From Neoconidiobolus thromboides FSU 785 (Eukaryota > Fungi > Entomophthoromycota), in assembly GCA_025603075.1 (NCBI GenBank), contig MU626376.1:1-64000 (forward strand): 64,000 bases of DNA, written 5' to 3'. The notes under the pieces are model-generated. The model was not told the DNA's origin, did no database searches, and saw only the letters and a program-made list of their open reading frames with translations. A program made the position numbers and the translations under genes. Shown piece by piece: positions 61,615 through 64,000 of this stretch; within the stretch, counting starts at the first letter, position 1; each line of letters starts with the position of its first letter.

Positions 61615-62110
61615 ACATTAAAAAGTATTTATTTCAAAAACTAAAGCTCTGATTAGAGCCTACAGAGTGTTTATGAAATTTGTGGCATTTGGTTTTTTTA
61701 ATAATAAAGAATGTAATAAACAAAAGATTATAACTCATCAAGCTCTGATTTATAAAGTGTATTTCAAAATAAATCAATTATTGGCATCATATTTTGACAC
61801 TACTGAAATCATTAAGCTGACTTTTGTTTATCTTCAACCATGGGTTTTGAAAGTTTGATATGGGCTTCTATAGGTATTATGGGAACAAAACCACCAGTTT
61901 CTTGTAAATAGTTGAATATATTGGTATTATACTAATCAATATAAGGATCTAATGGGTCTATTAGTTTAATAAAAATAGGCTCAGTGATAAAACTAGAAAG
62001 CCTTTCTTTCTTTAAGTTGTATTTATAATCCATAAAAAGTATAACCTATGTTATTAAAATTGCGCCTCCAATTCCTCTTACAGTATCTTCAATTAATGAA
62101 TTATTATTAT

Positions 62111-62612
62111 TGTGAAATATCGCTTCGTCAGTCCCATGGTTAATTATTTTGATTTGTTATGAGAATTTCTAGTTCCACCCAAAAGAATATGGGGATGTAT
62201 TTTTGTATTTAAGAATTTTACTAACAATTTTTCCACATAAATAGCGCTTAAAAAATGGAAAAATAATGAAACTAAAAAAAACAGCCCCATATTATCTTCT
62301 CATTTTGATACTTATACTTTTCAGAGTATAAAAGAGTTTACAGAGTATAATAGTTCGAGGCTTTTTAACTGAATTAATCCCTGATATCTCGAACATTTAA
62401 TAAAGCCACTAAGTTTTCTTAATAGTATTTTACATAGATTTTACATTAGTATTCTCTATTCTATTTGTCTTATATAGCTTGTAACCTATTACGTGCTATT
62501 CCTCATAATGCAAGTCTATCTTAGTCACATAAACTAAGACCTTTGGACTTATAGTGTAGTCAACCCAGCAATAGCTGTTCTTGACTCCAAACCCTGAGTA
62601 CCAGATTTCACA
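62111..62612 (-). mobile_element. Solo LTR with 5-bp TSD (ATTAT), carrying a nested MITE
   Basis: TG...CA ends with 8-bp inverted termini; ATTAT at 62106-62110 and 62613-62617; homologous to 46814-47276 with an internal deletion. Confidence 0.85.
62191..62288 (+). mobile_element. MITE-A copy nested in the solo LTR
   Basis: Flanks ATAT/ATAT; the paralogous LTR has a single ATAC at this site. Confidence 0.93.
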
Positions 62613-64000
62613 ATTATTACTATTATTTATAATATTCATATGATCCTTATCATTAGTCTCTTTTAACTTCTTATCTTGATTTTTGTTTAATGAAGCTGTA
62701 CCATCTACCTGTTCCCAACTAGTCAAATTATAAATATAAACTCTATTTGGGCTTTTAAGAAGTAGCTTAGGAAGCGAGTTTTTCACTATATCACTATACC
62801 TAGGTCTAGTGATAATATAAAAACCAAGAAAATCTATCAAAAAGTTCTTATAAATAATAAAACATTTAAGTCCATGAAGCAAAAATGTATAATTTAATTG
62901 GCTAAAAGTTGATGTTTGAAATTGAAGCTTGTGAATGTCACTTTGAGAAGTGTTTCCAGTGTAAGAATAAAATAAACTGATCAATTGACTTTGTAAAACA
63001 AAAATCTCTCATAAAGCTAGTATTATAATTTTGTATTTTATGAGAAGTTGAGTCAAATTCGTAAAAAACCATTCATTACTGATTGGCTTTGAGGCTTTTC
63101 TCAATCTTTTGAGAAAATATAACTTATTATCACTAATAAATTGTCAATCTATAAAATTCCCTAAATATGGCTCATAAGTTGGTTCTATTTCTCTAATTCA
63201 GATACTGAATGACATTAAGTTAGGTGCCAAATTTGGAAATTTAGGTGTTAATACTATAAAATCCAAATTCTTTTCATCTTATAAAATGTTAAACAAAGTA
63301 ACCCGTGAAAACTCTTTTTTAGAAAAATGTGTATTACAAATATAATAAATTTTACTAATATCATATTCATCATATTACTCCTTCCTTTCAATATTAAAAT
63401 ATCTGCATGAAAATTCTTTTCTCAATTGTTTCAATCAAAATAGACTAATATTTTGTCTCCAATGTAAAATAAAATTTTAAAATCTAATGAATTTGCCATA
63501 TTGTATTCCTTCCATTCTACGGTATTGTCAATTGATTTTATCACTTTTTTAAATCTAGTTTAAACGGTTATTTATTTTATATTAATATATTTAAGTTTGG
63601 CATAGAAGTTGCTCCACTCAAATAATATAATTCATCTTCTACTATAGTATATTTATATTTTTAGCATTTTGAAAATCATCAAAATACTAAACAAAGTTAA
63701 AGTAAAAAAACTAATTGGATTTAGTTATAAATATAAAAGCAAATTAGTAAAAAATCATACTCTGGTTCTGAACAGCTGTCGTGTTTTTCAATATTTCTAT
63801 ATCAAGTTTAATTTATTAATAAAAAGTATAACTAAGCTAATATATGTGTCGATATTATAATTCTAAAAATTGTTTGCAGCTAAAGCTTGTTTTTATGTTA
63901 CTTTTTATAAACTGCACAGAAACTTAAAGTTTGAATTAATTTCTAAGTAAATTCTGAAACCAATCCGAACAACCCCATATAATTTTAGGAGTAAAGAGCA

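Larger units (their letters stand above)
61870..63720 (-). pseudogene. Kelch/beta-propeller TM family, copy G
   Basis: IVEDELYYLSG near 63610-63650; VYIYNLTSWEQV in ORF 62496-62984; TM remnant resumes beyond the LTR. Confidence 0.85.

Noticed and set aside
306-62288. MITE-A copies as a CRISPR array or REP-like bacterial repeats
   Set aside because: Irregular spacing, both orientations, TSDs present, eukaryotic intron-containing context, no cas genes.
2924-63860. Short intergenic ORFs (2924, 8054, 11363, 33362, 33630, 33954, 42185, 45347, 45981, 46531, 47850, 56599, 61667, 63669)
   Set aside because: Mostly non-ATG starts and low-complexity composition; several run through MITEs or the antisense of pseudogenes.

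Overview
Very AT-rich eukaryotic DNA with short GT-AG introns. Gene content points to an early-diverging fungus, possibly Entomophthorales-like (inference). A gene-dense core (13-45 kb) encodes a LEA_2-type membrane protein, a class IV chitin synthase, an F-box protein, a Rax1-like RGS protein, FIG4, HEM13, URM1, an RCHY1/Pirh2-like E3, an HRK1/HAL-type kinase, a CPSF6-like RRM protein and two chitin deacetylases. Both flanks are accessory. Each carries a small homeobox gene and copies of a kelch/beta-propeller single-pass membrane protein family (7 copies, only 1 intact). About 21 copies of a ~100-bp GGGG...CCCC MITE occur, with 4-bp AWWT target duplications supported by an empty-site comparison. 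Solo LTRs and decayed retroelement-like relics are also present. A doubtful tRNA-Sec-like fold lies at 38.6 kb. I see no unambiguous new multi-gene system. The best leads are the MITE family, the decaying receptor-like family, the homeobox pair with a shared C-terminal YW motif, and the tRNA-Sec-like relic. All alignments were done by eye.
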